Below, piece after piece: positions 47,420-55,825 of a DNA stretch of 64,000 nucleotides. A model generated the notes under the pieces. The model did no database searches, had not been told where the DNA came from, and saw only the letters and a list, made by a program, of their open reading frames with translations. Origin of the DNA: a bacterium (GTDB lineage Bacteria; Hinthialibacterota; Hinthialibacteria; Hinthialibacterales; Hinthialibacteraceae); the NCBI GenBank assembly GCA_041946805.1, contig JBHGBC010000001.1, positions 32,001-96,000 on the forward strand, read 5' to 3'. Both the position numbers and the translations under genes were made by a program. Position 1 is the first letter of the stretch. Each line of letters begins with the position of its first letter.

Positions 47420-47983
47420 TCATTTCCTGGCCGGAGTCGCTTCCTCGACGGCTTGTGTCGCTGCTTCGACGGCTGGCGTGGCCGGCAGCGGCGGTGGCGC
47501 GGCCGTGGGGGTGGCCACCTCCGGCGTGGCTGAAGCAGGCGCCGGGGAAACGATGTTACCCTCCGTGTCGAACTCCACCCGGTGGATTAAAACGGCGCGG
47601 GGAATCCACCCCTCGGCTCCGGTCCAGGCCGCGGCCTTGATCCAGGCATTGCCTTTCGGATTTTCGAGGATTTTCACTTCCAGGCCGGGATAGAGTTCCG
47701 CCACCGGGGCCGCCTGTTCGTCCGGCTGTTCACGGAGAAAAGATTTTTGTCCAATGAGAACCGGCTCGGCGGCGCTGACGCTTTTGACATCCCGGGCGTA
47801 AAATTGAAAGAGACGCTCGTCTTTGGTCACGACCGTCACCACCACCCGGCCGGCCGATTCGCGGACGATCACCCGTCCCTCTCGGATGCCGTGCCGGGTT
47901 TCCACCACGGCTGCCTTCCCGCCGATGGGAAAAGCGGCCAAAATGAGAAAAACGGAACAACTCAGTGGGAATCGGAATCGCAT
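47420..47983 (-). CDS. Exported protein with bacterial SH3-like domain
   Basis: Signal peptide; LREQP..V..L..G..V..W.K....EGWI. Confidence 0.7.
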   Translation of the reverse strand: MRFRFPLSCSVFLILAAFPIGGKAAVVETRHGIREGRVIVRESAGRVVVTVVTKDERLFQFYARDVKSVSAAEPVLIGQKSFLREQPDEQAAPVAELYPGLEVKILENPKGNAWIKAAAWTGAEGWIPRAVLIHRVEFDTEGNIVSPAPASATPEVATPTAAPPPLPATPAVEAATQAVEEATPARK

Positions 47984-48052
47984 GATCTGGGAATTCCTCC
48001 GCCATGATCGTATCGGGGGGATTCGGATTTTGCAACACCCGGAAAGAAAAAA

Positions 48053-48280
48053 GTGATCCCCTGGACATCCAGATCCTTCATCGCGGCGTTGCTTCCCCTG
48101 CCTCTGTTCCTGGCCTTGTCTGGCTGCGCCTCCGGCCCGCGCCGGGAGCAGCCCGCGGCCGTATCCGGAGAGGCAATCGCCCAGCCGGTTCCGGAACCAG
48201 CCGGTACGAAGGAGATAACCCCGTCCCTGGACGATTTGCGGGGCTATTTGCTCCCCGCCCGCCCACGAACGCCCCGGTAA
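48053..48280 (+). CDS. Small putative lipoprotein
   Basis: Hydrophobic stretch and lipobox LSG|C; GTG start. Confidence 0.45.
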   Translation: MIPWTSRSFIAALLPLPLFLALSGCASGPRREQPAAVSGEAIAQPVPEPAGTKEITPSLDDLRGYLLPARPRTPR

Positions 48281-48938
48281 GGGGAGAGGGGGGCATTCAG
48301 CGTCCTGGGGGGCATTCCCTCACCCGAATCCTCTTGAGAGGGCAAGGGGATTTGGTCTGAATCAGGATGGCCAGGATAGTCAAGGTGACCAGGATGATGA
48401 GTAATCTCGGCCAGACTTCCCCATCACGGTCTGGGGATTGATCTTCGTGGAACGCTTTCTATTTCTTTTTCCCTTCCAATCCCATGCACAGGCCAGTGCA
48501 TAAGGGCTTACTCCAACTTATCCTCTCCGCGATGGCGGGAAACCCTGGTATTTTCCTGCAGTATGATCTTCCTCCGTGAGGTGAAAGAGCGAATTTACGA
48601 TTTCCTTCACCCTGATCCTTGAATAACAAGACGCCGTGATTCACACACTCCATAGGCATACGGCATCGGGCGCGAGGCAGCATTACATAATAAAAACAAA
48701 AATACCAACGAATAAACCGGTTTTTCGAAAGCGCCGTTCAGAGAAAGGGAGGGATGGGAAGACAGGAAGAGGCGTGGGCACGGTTGGAGGAAACCGCGAC
48801 TCACCCTTTCGGATAGGGAAAGAGTCATCTTTCCGAACTCCCGCTGCCAGAGAACGGAGACTCCCGGCGAAGCATGGTCATGCCGCCTCGGTTCCGGGTG
48901 ACCGGAATAATCCACGAATTTCAGGAGGAGGGAAAAAC

Positions 48939-49008
48939 GTAGGATGGATTAGCGCGTAACGCGTAATCCATCATGGGCTTTTGCAGGGGCGGACCTTGGT
49001 GTCCACCC
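48939..49008 (+). repeat. Tandem G(T/C)AG-type REP hairpins
   Basis: GTAG-GATGGATTA..TAATCCATC then GCAG-GGGCGGAC..GTCCACCC; relatives at 2270, 7988(-), 8038(-), 21533, 54711(-). Confidence 0.7.
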
Positions 49009-49033
49009 GCGTCATGTTATTTTCTCCCGTCCC

Positions 49034-49537
49034 TCACAAATCGTAAAACTGCAAATCCACCGCCTTGCGCATCTTGGTGATGTACGAAATCTGTCCCAGG
49101 TGCTGCGAAAAATGCTCCACCACATGAAAGATCGCCGCCAAGCCGGTCACGTCGAAACCCTGGATTTTCCGCGGCTCCAGGATGCGGGTGAGGTCGAACT
49201 TGTCCAGCACCCGCCCGGCGTCGTTGAGCGCGTCCTCCAGCAAGGCCACCAACTGGGCCTTGGGAATCGGGCCCTGCTCCCGGAACTCGGCGGGACGGTC
49301 GCGGATGTCTTCCTCTCCCCCGAGGCCATGCACGATCCATTGCCGCACATTGCCGCTTAAATGCAACATCAGGTTACCCACGCTGTTGCTTTCCAGGTTG
49401 GGCCGCCACCACAGATCCTCCTCCGGCAATATGTCCATGCATTGCAGGATTTTGGGGAAATAATCCTCCAGCAGTATGGACCGGGCGAAACTCACGAACA
49501 CTTGCGTGGCCGGCAGGTTGTCACTCATCGGATTCAT
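49034..49537 (-). CDS. DinB-superfamily (DUF1572-like) protein
   Basis: WRPN..SNSVGNL.LHL.GN..QW, RDR..EF, HVVEHFSQHLGQI. Confidence 0.85.
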   Translation of the reverse strand: MNPMSDNLPATQVFVSFARSILLEDYFPKILQCMDILPEEDLWWRPNLESNSVGNLMLHLSGNVRQWIVHGLGGEEDIRDRPAEFREQGPIPKAQLVALLEDALNDAGRVLDKFDLTRILEPRKIQGFDVTGLAAIFHVVEHFSQHLGQISYITKMRKAVDLQFYDL

Positions 49538-49688
49538 TCTCTCCCTCGTTCTGTTGAGTTTTCGTAATGAATGATTTACTGAAACGCGGAACTGTCTTTC
49601 CAGCGCCGATGGCGCGGCATGAGCCTATCCCAGGGCGTCAGCCCCGGGACGGCTGTGACTCAAGTAATGAATTCACTCTCCCTCTGGG

Positions 49689-49993
49689 TTGATCTTTACC
49701 CACAAGTCTTTGATGGATGTCATCCCCGCGCCAGCGGGGATCCAGGACATGGTGGTGCGGGCATCCTGCCTCCATCCAATCCCGAAGGGATTGAATGTGA
49801 ATATCCGGGGGTGACAATCCCGGTATCATTCCCAAAGGTGGCGATCCCGAAGGGATCGAATGGGATATTCAACCCCTGTGGGGTTGGTTCTTTTTTTACA
49901 CCTTACCGTAGGCTGTCGCCTACGGCTATTCATATGTATCCCCTGCGGGGATGATATTCTATTGTATGAAAATGACTTTTGGGTAAAGATCAG
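49689..49993. mobile_element. Non-autonomous MITE with 20-bp TIRs and 9-bp target-site duplication
   Basis: TIRs at 49689-49708 and 49974-49993 match at 18/20; flanked by direct repeat CCCTCTGGG at 49680-49688 and 49994-50002. Confidence 0.8.
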
Positions 49994-50194
49994 CCCTCTG
50001 GGAGAGGGGTAGGGTGAGGGAAGCCCTGAAAGGGCGCCATCCCTCTTATCCATACAATCAAATAAACAGTTACCCATTGCTATGTAGGATACTTTGGAAA
50101 AACTCAATGGAACCTACGGTATTGAATCAGTAAAAAACTACCCAAAACACAATCCGGTTGTTTCGTTCCCGCGAAGCCCGCCGGAGGAAATCGC

Positions 50195-51562
50195 CTACGG
50201 GTATTCCAGCACCAGCCGCAGGCCGAGATAGGGATCGCGGGCGGCGGGATCCCCGCTGACGCGCTGGGCGGACCGGTTGGCCCAGGCATACCCGGGGGGC
50301 GGCGCGCTGCGGATGGCCACCAGGCGGATTGAAGGCTCGCCCTTGGGATCCAGCTGGGGGGTGGAGGGATAGGGGCCATAACCGTCCTCGCACCATTCCA
50401 TCACGTTTCCGCAGATATCGTACAATCCCCAGGGATTCGGCCTTTTCAAGCCCACCTCGAAGGTTTGCCGCTCGGAATTCTCCAGGTACCAGGCGTAACG
50501 GCCGATTTCCGATCGTTGCGGATCGTCGCCCCAAAAAAAGGCGGTAAAGGTCCCCGCCCGGCAGGCGTATTCCCATTCCGCCTCCGTGGGCAGGCGGAAC
50601 GTCCCCTGATTCAGGGTGTTGAGCCGGTCGATGAATTCATGACAATCGTGCCACGACACCCGTTCCACCGGCCGGTTCACCGAACCCGTGTGATACGCGG
50701 GATTGCCGCCCATCACCGCTGTCCATTGCGCCTGGGTGACTTCGTATTTCCCCAGGTAAAAGCCGCGGGACAGGGTCACCAGATGCTGTATCTCTTCGGG
50801 GTCGCGGTCCGGTTCACAGGTGGGGCTGCCCATGACGAAAGTTCCCGGCGGAATCCACACCAGTTCCAGGGGGACCGCGCCTTCCGGAAGGGCCAGGTCC
50901 ACGGTCTTCGTGACCGGCGGGACGGGCAGGTGGTTTCCAGCGGGCACGGAAATCACTTGGGGATCATCATCGTCTCCATCCAAAAAGCGCGGATTGTAGA
51001 ACCGGTCCGGATCAAGCTGATAGATTTCGAAATTATCCAAGTAAACGGTGAGGGGATCCGTGGCGCTGATGTTGATCACCTGAATCACCGGCTGGAAGGC
51101 TGTGGAAGGGGGAGCGAAGAAATCCGACAGCCGGCGGTAGCGGTTCACAAAGTAACTCCCCTGGGTGGGCGTGGCGGTGGTGACGAATTCGTTCTCTCCC
51201 CGGTCGAGGATGGCCAGAACGATCTGCGCGTGCGGACCGCCGCTGCGCGCCGAACAACGCACCAGGGCCATGCCGGACATCACGGTCACCGGACCGAACA
51301 GCATGATCCCCTCGCCGGGAGCGGCCTGGATGACCGCTCCCCGGCCGTCCGTGGCGCCGGGAAACGCGGTGTCCACGGGAACCTTGCCGAAGGTCAGGTT
51401 CGCCGGGGGATATTGCCCGAATCCCGCGCCCTGGACCGTAATGTGGTTCTCTTCCGCTGTGTTTCCGGAAAAATCGATCCGCCTGGGCAGGTCTTGCGCC
51501 CAAACGGAGGAGAAGATCATGAGTAGCGCCAGGGAAACGAAGGGACATACGAAATGAATCAT
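50195..51562 (-). CDS. Exported FGE-sulfatase (SUMF1/formylglycine-generating-enzyme fold) domain protein
   Basis: IPPGTFVMGS, YEVTQAQW, PVERVSW, RLPTEAEWEYACRAG, PNPWGLYD..GNV.EW. Confidence 0.9.
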   Translation of the reverse strand: MIHFVCPFVSLALLMIFSSVWAQDLPRRIDFSGNTAEENHITVQGAGFGQYPPANLTFGKVPVDTAFPGATDGRGAVIQAAPGEGIMLFGPVTVMSGMALVRCSARSGGPHAQIVLAILDRGENEFVTTATPTQGSYFVNRYRRLSDFFAPPSTAFQPVIQVINISATDPLTVYLDNFEIYQLDPDRFYNPRFLDGDDDDPQVISVPAGNHLPVPPVTKTVDLALPEGAVPLELVWIPPGTFVMGSPTCEPDRDPEEIQHLVTLSRGFYLGKYEVTQAQWTAVMGGNPAYHTGSVNRPVERVSWHDCHEFIDRLNTLNQGTFRLPTEAEWEYACRAGTFTAFFWGDDPQRSEIGRYAWYLENSERQTFEVGLKRPNPWGLYDICGNVMEWCEDGYGPYPSTPQLDPKGEPSIRLVAIRSAPPPGYAWANRSAQRVSGDPAARDPYLGLRLVLEYP

Positions 51563-51928
51563 CGAATATCCTGCCGAAGCGATCGGAGTGTTTTTTGGAT
51601 TATAAAGGGAATCCGGCCTTCATGCCATTGGAAAAAGGGATCGGCGCGGGATGGGAACCAACCATGAATCAGGGGCGTGTTGCTGCGTGATCCTGCAAAG
51701 CATTGGTTATGAGATCGGGATTCCCGGTTTCCCGGAGAGGATGTCCTGTCTGGAGTAAGGGATCCTGACCGGCGCACGGGCAACGGAAAATCGGCCGTTT
51801 TTCGCACCCCGGCGAAAGAGGTTCAGGCGCACAGAGGATTTGGAGTTCCGCGATTCCGGCAGGCAGAGTTAGTTTGGCGCGGGATGGATTCATTCGAATC
51901 GATCGCTTCGTGATCCATATTGCATGAT

Positions 51929-52372
51929 TCAGTAATGCGCTTCCAGTTTCGATTGACAGATCAGGCACAGTTTGGCGGTGGGCATCGCGTTCAGGCGCGC
52001 TTCCGGGATCTCCTGCCCGCATTTGGAACAGATCCCGTAAGTGCCTTCCTCGATCTTCTGCAAGGCGGTGGTGATTTCGGCCAGCCGGTTGCGTTCGTGT
52101 TCGGCCATACCCAGCCGGGTTTCGTGTTCACTGTAATTGGTGCTCAGATCGACCAAGTCTCCGTGCGAGCCGGAATCGTCCACCGGCTGTTTGCTCCCCA
52201 TGCCTTGCAATAGACTGTTGCGTTCCCTCTCCAATTTGGTTTTGATTTCCAAAATGCGGCCCGGGCTGAATTTTGAATGCGCGGTTTTCTTGGCCGTCTT
52301 CGCGGTGGATTTTTTGGACGCGGATTTGGTTGACGTCTCGGAAGATGTTTTCTTGGTCTTCGTTTTATCCAT
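51929..52372 (-). CDS. dksA: DksA/TraR C4 zinc-finger protein
   Basis: DLVD coiled-coil tip; YGICSKC..I...RL...P.A.LCLIC; Lys-rich N-terminus. Confidence 0.85.
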   Translation of the reverse strand: MDKTKTKKTSSETSTKSASKKSTAKTAKKTAHSKFSPGRILEIKTKLERERNSLLQGMGSKQPVDDSGSHGDLVDLSTNYSEHETRLGMAEHERNRLAEITTALQKIEEGTYGICSKCGQEIPEARLNAMPTAKLCLICQSKLEAHY

Positions 52373-52484
52373 TTTTATCCCTATGCGGTCAAATCATAAT
52401 GGAAAAACCCACGGATGGATAATCTCACACCTACGAATGGCGAATACCCTCTCCATCCCAAACTGACTCGATTGTGGAAAGGGA

Positions 52485-52513
52485 ACCATAGTTTCGAAAG
52501 GCGCTTTTGTCAA
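52485..52513 (-). promoter_or_regulatory. Sigma70 promoter for dksA
   Basis: TTGACA-17 nt-TATGGT on the minus strand. Confidence 0.6.
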
Positions 52514-52661
52514 TAGTGTTTTGTGAATTCAGTCAGTCCAAAACCATCCCCCGGGAATCGCTAGAGTCCGAAATCCATTATCGGCCGGTGTTTCATTCCC
52601 ATAAATCGAGCTCTCTCCCGGCGTCTCCAGGCCACCCGTATTGGGAAGGTACAATCATAAA

Positions 52662-53684
52662 TCAATATAGATCAGGCCAGTAGGTTAACGAATCCCACAT
52701 CCCGGCCATCTCTCCGGTGAAAGCCGAGAGGCCGAAAATCCCGCCCGTATGGAGAAACAGAACGCGGGATCCCCTGGGGATCGATCCATTTGCGATTTCC
52801 CCCCGCACGCCAGCAAAAGCTTTGCCCGTGTAAACCGGATCCAGGATGAGTCCCTCTCTCTCCGCCGCGTGCCGGAGCAAGCGGAGTTGTTCGGGACTGG
52901 TTTTCGCATAACCCGCGCCGGCGTAGCCATCCACCAGGGTGATCCCGCCCGGGTCCAGCGTCAGGCCGCTTTGGAGCATCCGGGCGGCCCGGGAAGCCTC
53001 ACGAAGGATGCGGGGCTGAAAATAGTCCGCATCCTGGCAAACCGTGATCCCGATCACCCGTTCCGCCATGGATTCGAGGGCGTTTCCCAGATACAGGCCC
53101 GCGTAGGTTCCTCCCGAACCGACCGCGCAGACCAGGCAATCGGGTTGCCAACCCAAGTCCGCGCACTGGTCTTTGATTTCCCGGGCGGCTTCCACGTATC
53201 CCAGAATGCCCACTGCGTTGGATCCGCCGGTGGGGATGATGTAGGGCTTTTTCCCCTGCTGTTTCAGGTCTTCAGCCAGGCGGCTGAGGACTTCGCCGAG
53301 ATGTTCGTGGAACTCATCCCAGGTTATATAGATCACCCGCGCCCCGGCGAGCAAATCGAGTTGCAGATTGCCATCGGCGGCGGCGGGAGGCGCCCCCGCC
53401 AGGACGAGCCAGGCGTCCAGTCCCAGCGCGCGCGCCGCCAGCGCCGTGGCCCGCGCGTGGTTGGAGGTCACCGCCCCGCAGGTGATGACCGTGTCCCCGC
53501 CCTGGTTTACCGCATCCGCCAGCAAGTATTCCAGTTTGCGGACCTTGTTGCCGCCCAGGGTGGAGCCGGTGAGGTCGTCGCGTTTCACCCGCAAGTCGAC
53601 TTCCCATTCCCGGCCGAGCCGCTCCAGCCGTTCGATGGGAGTGGGAATCCGGGCCAAGGATATTTTCGGCGGGAAGATCGGCAT
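52662..53684 (-). CDS. D-cysteine desulfhydrase / ACC deaminase family PLP enzyme
   Basis: PTPI, KRDDL, GGNKVRKLEY, SNHAR, GSGGT, LDPVYTGK, HTGG. Confidence 0.92.
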   Translation of the reverse strand: MPIFPPKISLARIPTPIERLERLGREWEVDLRVKRDDLTGSTLGGNKVRKLEYLLADAVNQGGDTVITCGAVTSNHARATALAARALGLDAWLVLAGAPPAAADGNLQLDLLAGARVIYITWDEFHEHLGEVLSRLAEDLKQQGKKPYIIPTGGSNAVGILGYVEAAREIKDQCADLGWQPDCLVCAVGSGGTYAGLYLGNALESMAERVIGITVCQDADYFQPRILREASRAARMLQSGLTLDPGGITLVDGYAGAGYAKTSPEQLRLLRHAAEREGLILDPVYTGKAFAGVRGEIANGSIPRGSRVLFLHTGGIFGLSAFTGEMAGMWDSLTYWPDLY

Positions 53685-53835
53685 GGTTTCCCCCAACCAC
53701 ACCTCCTTGAACGCATCCAAGGGGGCACTCCGGATTTCCGGAGTGAAATCAATCCTTCCCCGCCCTGATGCATCTCCGCGTGCCGCGGACGAGGAACGAA
53801 CCGGCCCGGCCGAATGCCGGATTTCAAGCGTTTCC

Positions 53836-54336
53836 CTATTTTCCCGCCGGAGCCTTGTCTTTTTCTTTCTTATCTTCGGGCTTGGATGGGGACACCGGTT
53901 GCGCCGGCTGAGATTTCGAAACGTTGTCTTTCCGCATATTTTGAGGCTGAACGTCGGATTTGCCAATGAAAATGACGCCTTCCTCGATCTTCAATTTGGC
54001 CGCCTTGATGTCGCCGCGCAACTCCGCCGCCGAGCGCAGCTCGACGAGATCGTTGGCCTGGATGTTCCCGGTGATTTTCCCCTCGACCACAATACTGCCC
54101 ACGCTGATTTCGGCGGTCACTTCACCGGTTTTGCCTATGATCAGGTGGCCCTCCGAGGAAATATCTCCATTGAATTTTCCCTCAATCCGCAGACCCTCCT
54201 TGAACTTCAGCGTCCCCTCAAACTCCGTGTCTTTCCCCAAGGTGGTGTAAGGCTGCTCGTCTCTTCGGGGCAAGGCGGATGCGGGCTGGACTGGCGTGTT
54301 CACGGGAGTCGTTCGTTCATTCCGCAGAATATCCAC
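53836..54336 (-). CDS. Bactofilin (polymer-forming cytoskeletal protein)
   Basis: Beta-helix repeats FEGTL, IEGKFNGDI, VEGKITGNI, IEEGVIFIG; GAGG RBS before GTG. Confidence 0.92.
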   Translation of the reverse strand: MDILRNERTTPVNTPVQPASALPRRDEQPYTTLGKDTEFEGTLKFKEGLRIEGKFNGDISSEGHLIIGKTGEVTAEISVGSIVVEGKITGNIQANDLVELRSAAELRGDIKAAKLKIEEGVIFIGKSDVQPQNMRKDNVSKSQPAQPVSPSKPEDKKEKDKAPAGK

Positions 54337-54991
54337 GGTTTGTGATCCTCCTGCAACAGGGTATTAATGAAAAGTTCTCCTACGGCTGCGAGATAACCCG
54401 CGGGGCATTCTCATAGCCAGGGAATTTGAGTTTTTCCACATTACCAATCTATGGTCCCAATGTCAATTCGGTTAAAGGGAGAAGCCGTCAAAATGACCCT
54501 GTCCCCCGGATTATTGCGATTGGCCGCGGGATGGGATTTTGGGATTCATCCCAAACACGCTCTTTTTCCAATTGGCGCGTACCAATAGGCACGACCGGTC
54601 CCTTATTCCATCCGTTGAAAAAACCACCCATTTCCCTCTCCCTTGCTGATGGACAGGATAGGGTAGGTGTCCCCTCCTCCCGGTTTGGCATCGTTTTTCA
54701 TCAAACAGCTGGGGCGCATAGCAACGTGCCCCAGCTATCCATACACCCCTATCGTCACCAATCCCAGCCCAAATCCTCCGTATTCCTTATCCGTGCAATC
54801 TGTGCCCTTATCCGTGTCATCCGTGGTTCAATCCGGCTGCTCAACCCCCTTTGATTTTGCCTCTGCTCCTTCGGTGGGACAGGCCAGGACGAGGGTAGCA
54901 TGGCCGGGGCGTCCGGCAGGCCGCCCTATCCATTCATCCAGCAATCAAGAGGATCAATCCGGAATCCTGGCTTGCTCGAAACCTCTACGGC

Positions 54992-55621
54992 TCATGCTTG
55001 TCGGCATTGCAGAATTGGTGGGGGCAGCAGTTCCGAGATCGAAAAGATGGGTGCGTAGGGGATGCCGGCCTTTTCGAAGGCTTCTTTCCCGCCTTGTTCC
55101 CGGTCCACCAGGGCGATCAGCCTGATGATCGATCCGCCCTGGGCCTGGACGGCTTCGGCCGCGCGCAAAACGGATCCGCCGGTGGTGATCACGTCTTCCA
55201 CCAAAAGCACTTTCCTGCCGGCGATGGCCGGCCCTTCAATCAGGTCTTGCGTGCCGTGTTTTTTGGCTTCTTTCCGGACGATAAACAAGGACAGGGGATA
55301 TCCCATCACCAGGCTCAACGCGGCCACCGCCCCCACCATGGCGTCCGCCCCCAGGGTTGGGCCGCCCACCGCCTCGGCCCCGCTCTTCCAGGCCGCGTCG
55401 AGAATGAGCCGGGCGGCGCAGAAGAGACCTTCTGGATCGCCGGTGGTCAGTTTGCCGTTGATGTAATAATTGGATTTCAGGCCGGACGTCAACAGGAACG
55501 GTTGCCCGGGCGGCGCGATCTTGATGGATTTCTCCACAATGACGCGGGACAGCCGCTCACGGATGGAGTTCAGGTCCCAATTCAGCGCGTTCGGATTCGG
55601 AATGGAGGCTGGCAGTGGCAT
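54992..55621 (-). CDS. pyrE: Orotate phosphoribosyltransferase
   Basis: FLLTSG, GGPTLGAD, VRKEAKKHG, VEDVITTGGS, VDR. Confidence 0.95.
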   Translation of the reverse strand: MPLPASIPNPNALNWDLNSIRERLSRVIVEKSIKIAPPGQPFLLTSGLKSNYYINGKLTTGDPEGLFCAARLILDAAWKSGAEAVGGPTLGADAMVGAVAALSLVMGYPLSLFIVRKEAKKHGTQDLIEGPAIAGRKVLLVEDVITTGGSVLRAAEAVQAQGGSIIRLIALVDREQGGKEAFEKAGIPYAPIFSISELLPPPILQCRQA

Positions 55622-55825
55622 GGGGTGGAATCCTCGAAGATCGATTGCGTTTCAACTTCGCATAAACAACTGAGGCAGTATACACCAGTAAGAAACCGGA
55701 ATCAGCCTAGAATTCTATGGATGATGTCATCCCCGGCCTCAGGATGATGTCATCCCGCGAAAGCGGGGATCCAGACCACTGCCCCGGGGTTGCAACCCTG
55801 GGCATTCGCAGGTGGTGGAGAAACC

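Noticed and set aside
51563..51928. Possible riboswitch upstream of the FGE-domain gene
   Set aside because: I could not match c-di-GMP, glycine or other riboswitch consensus elements by eye
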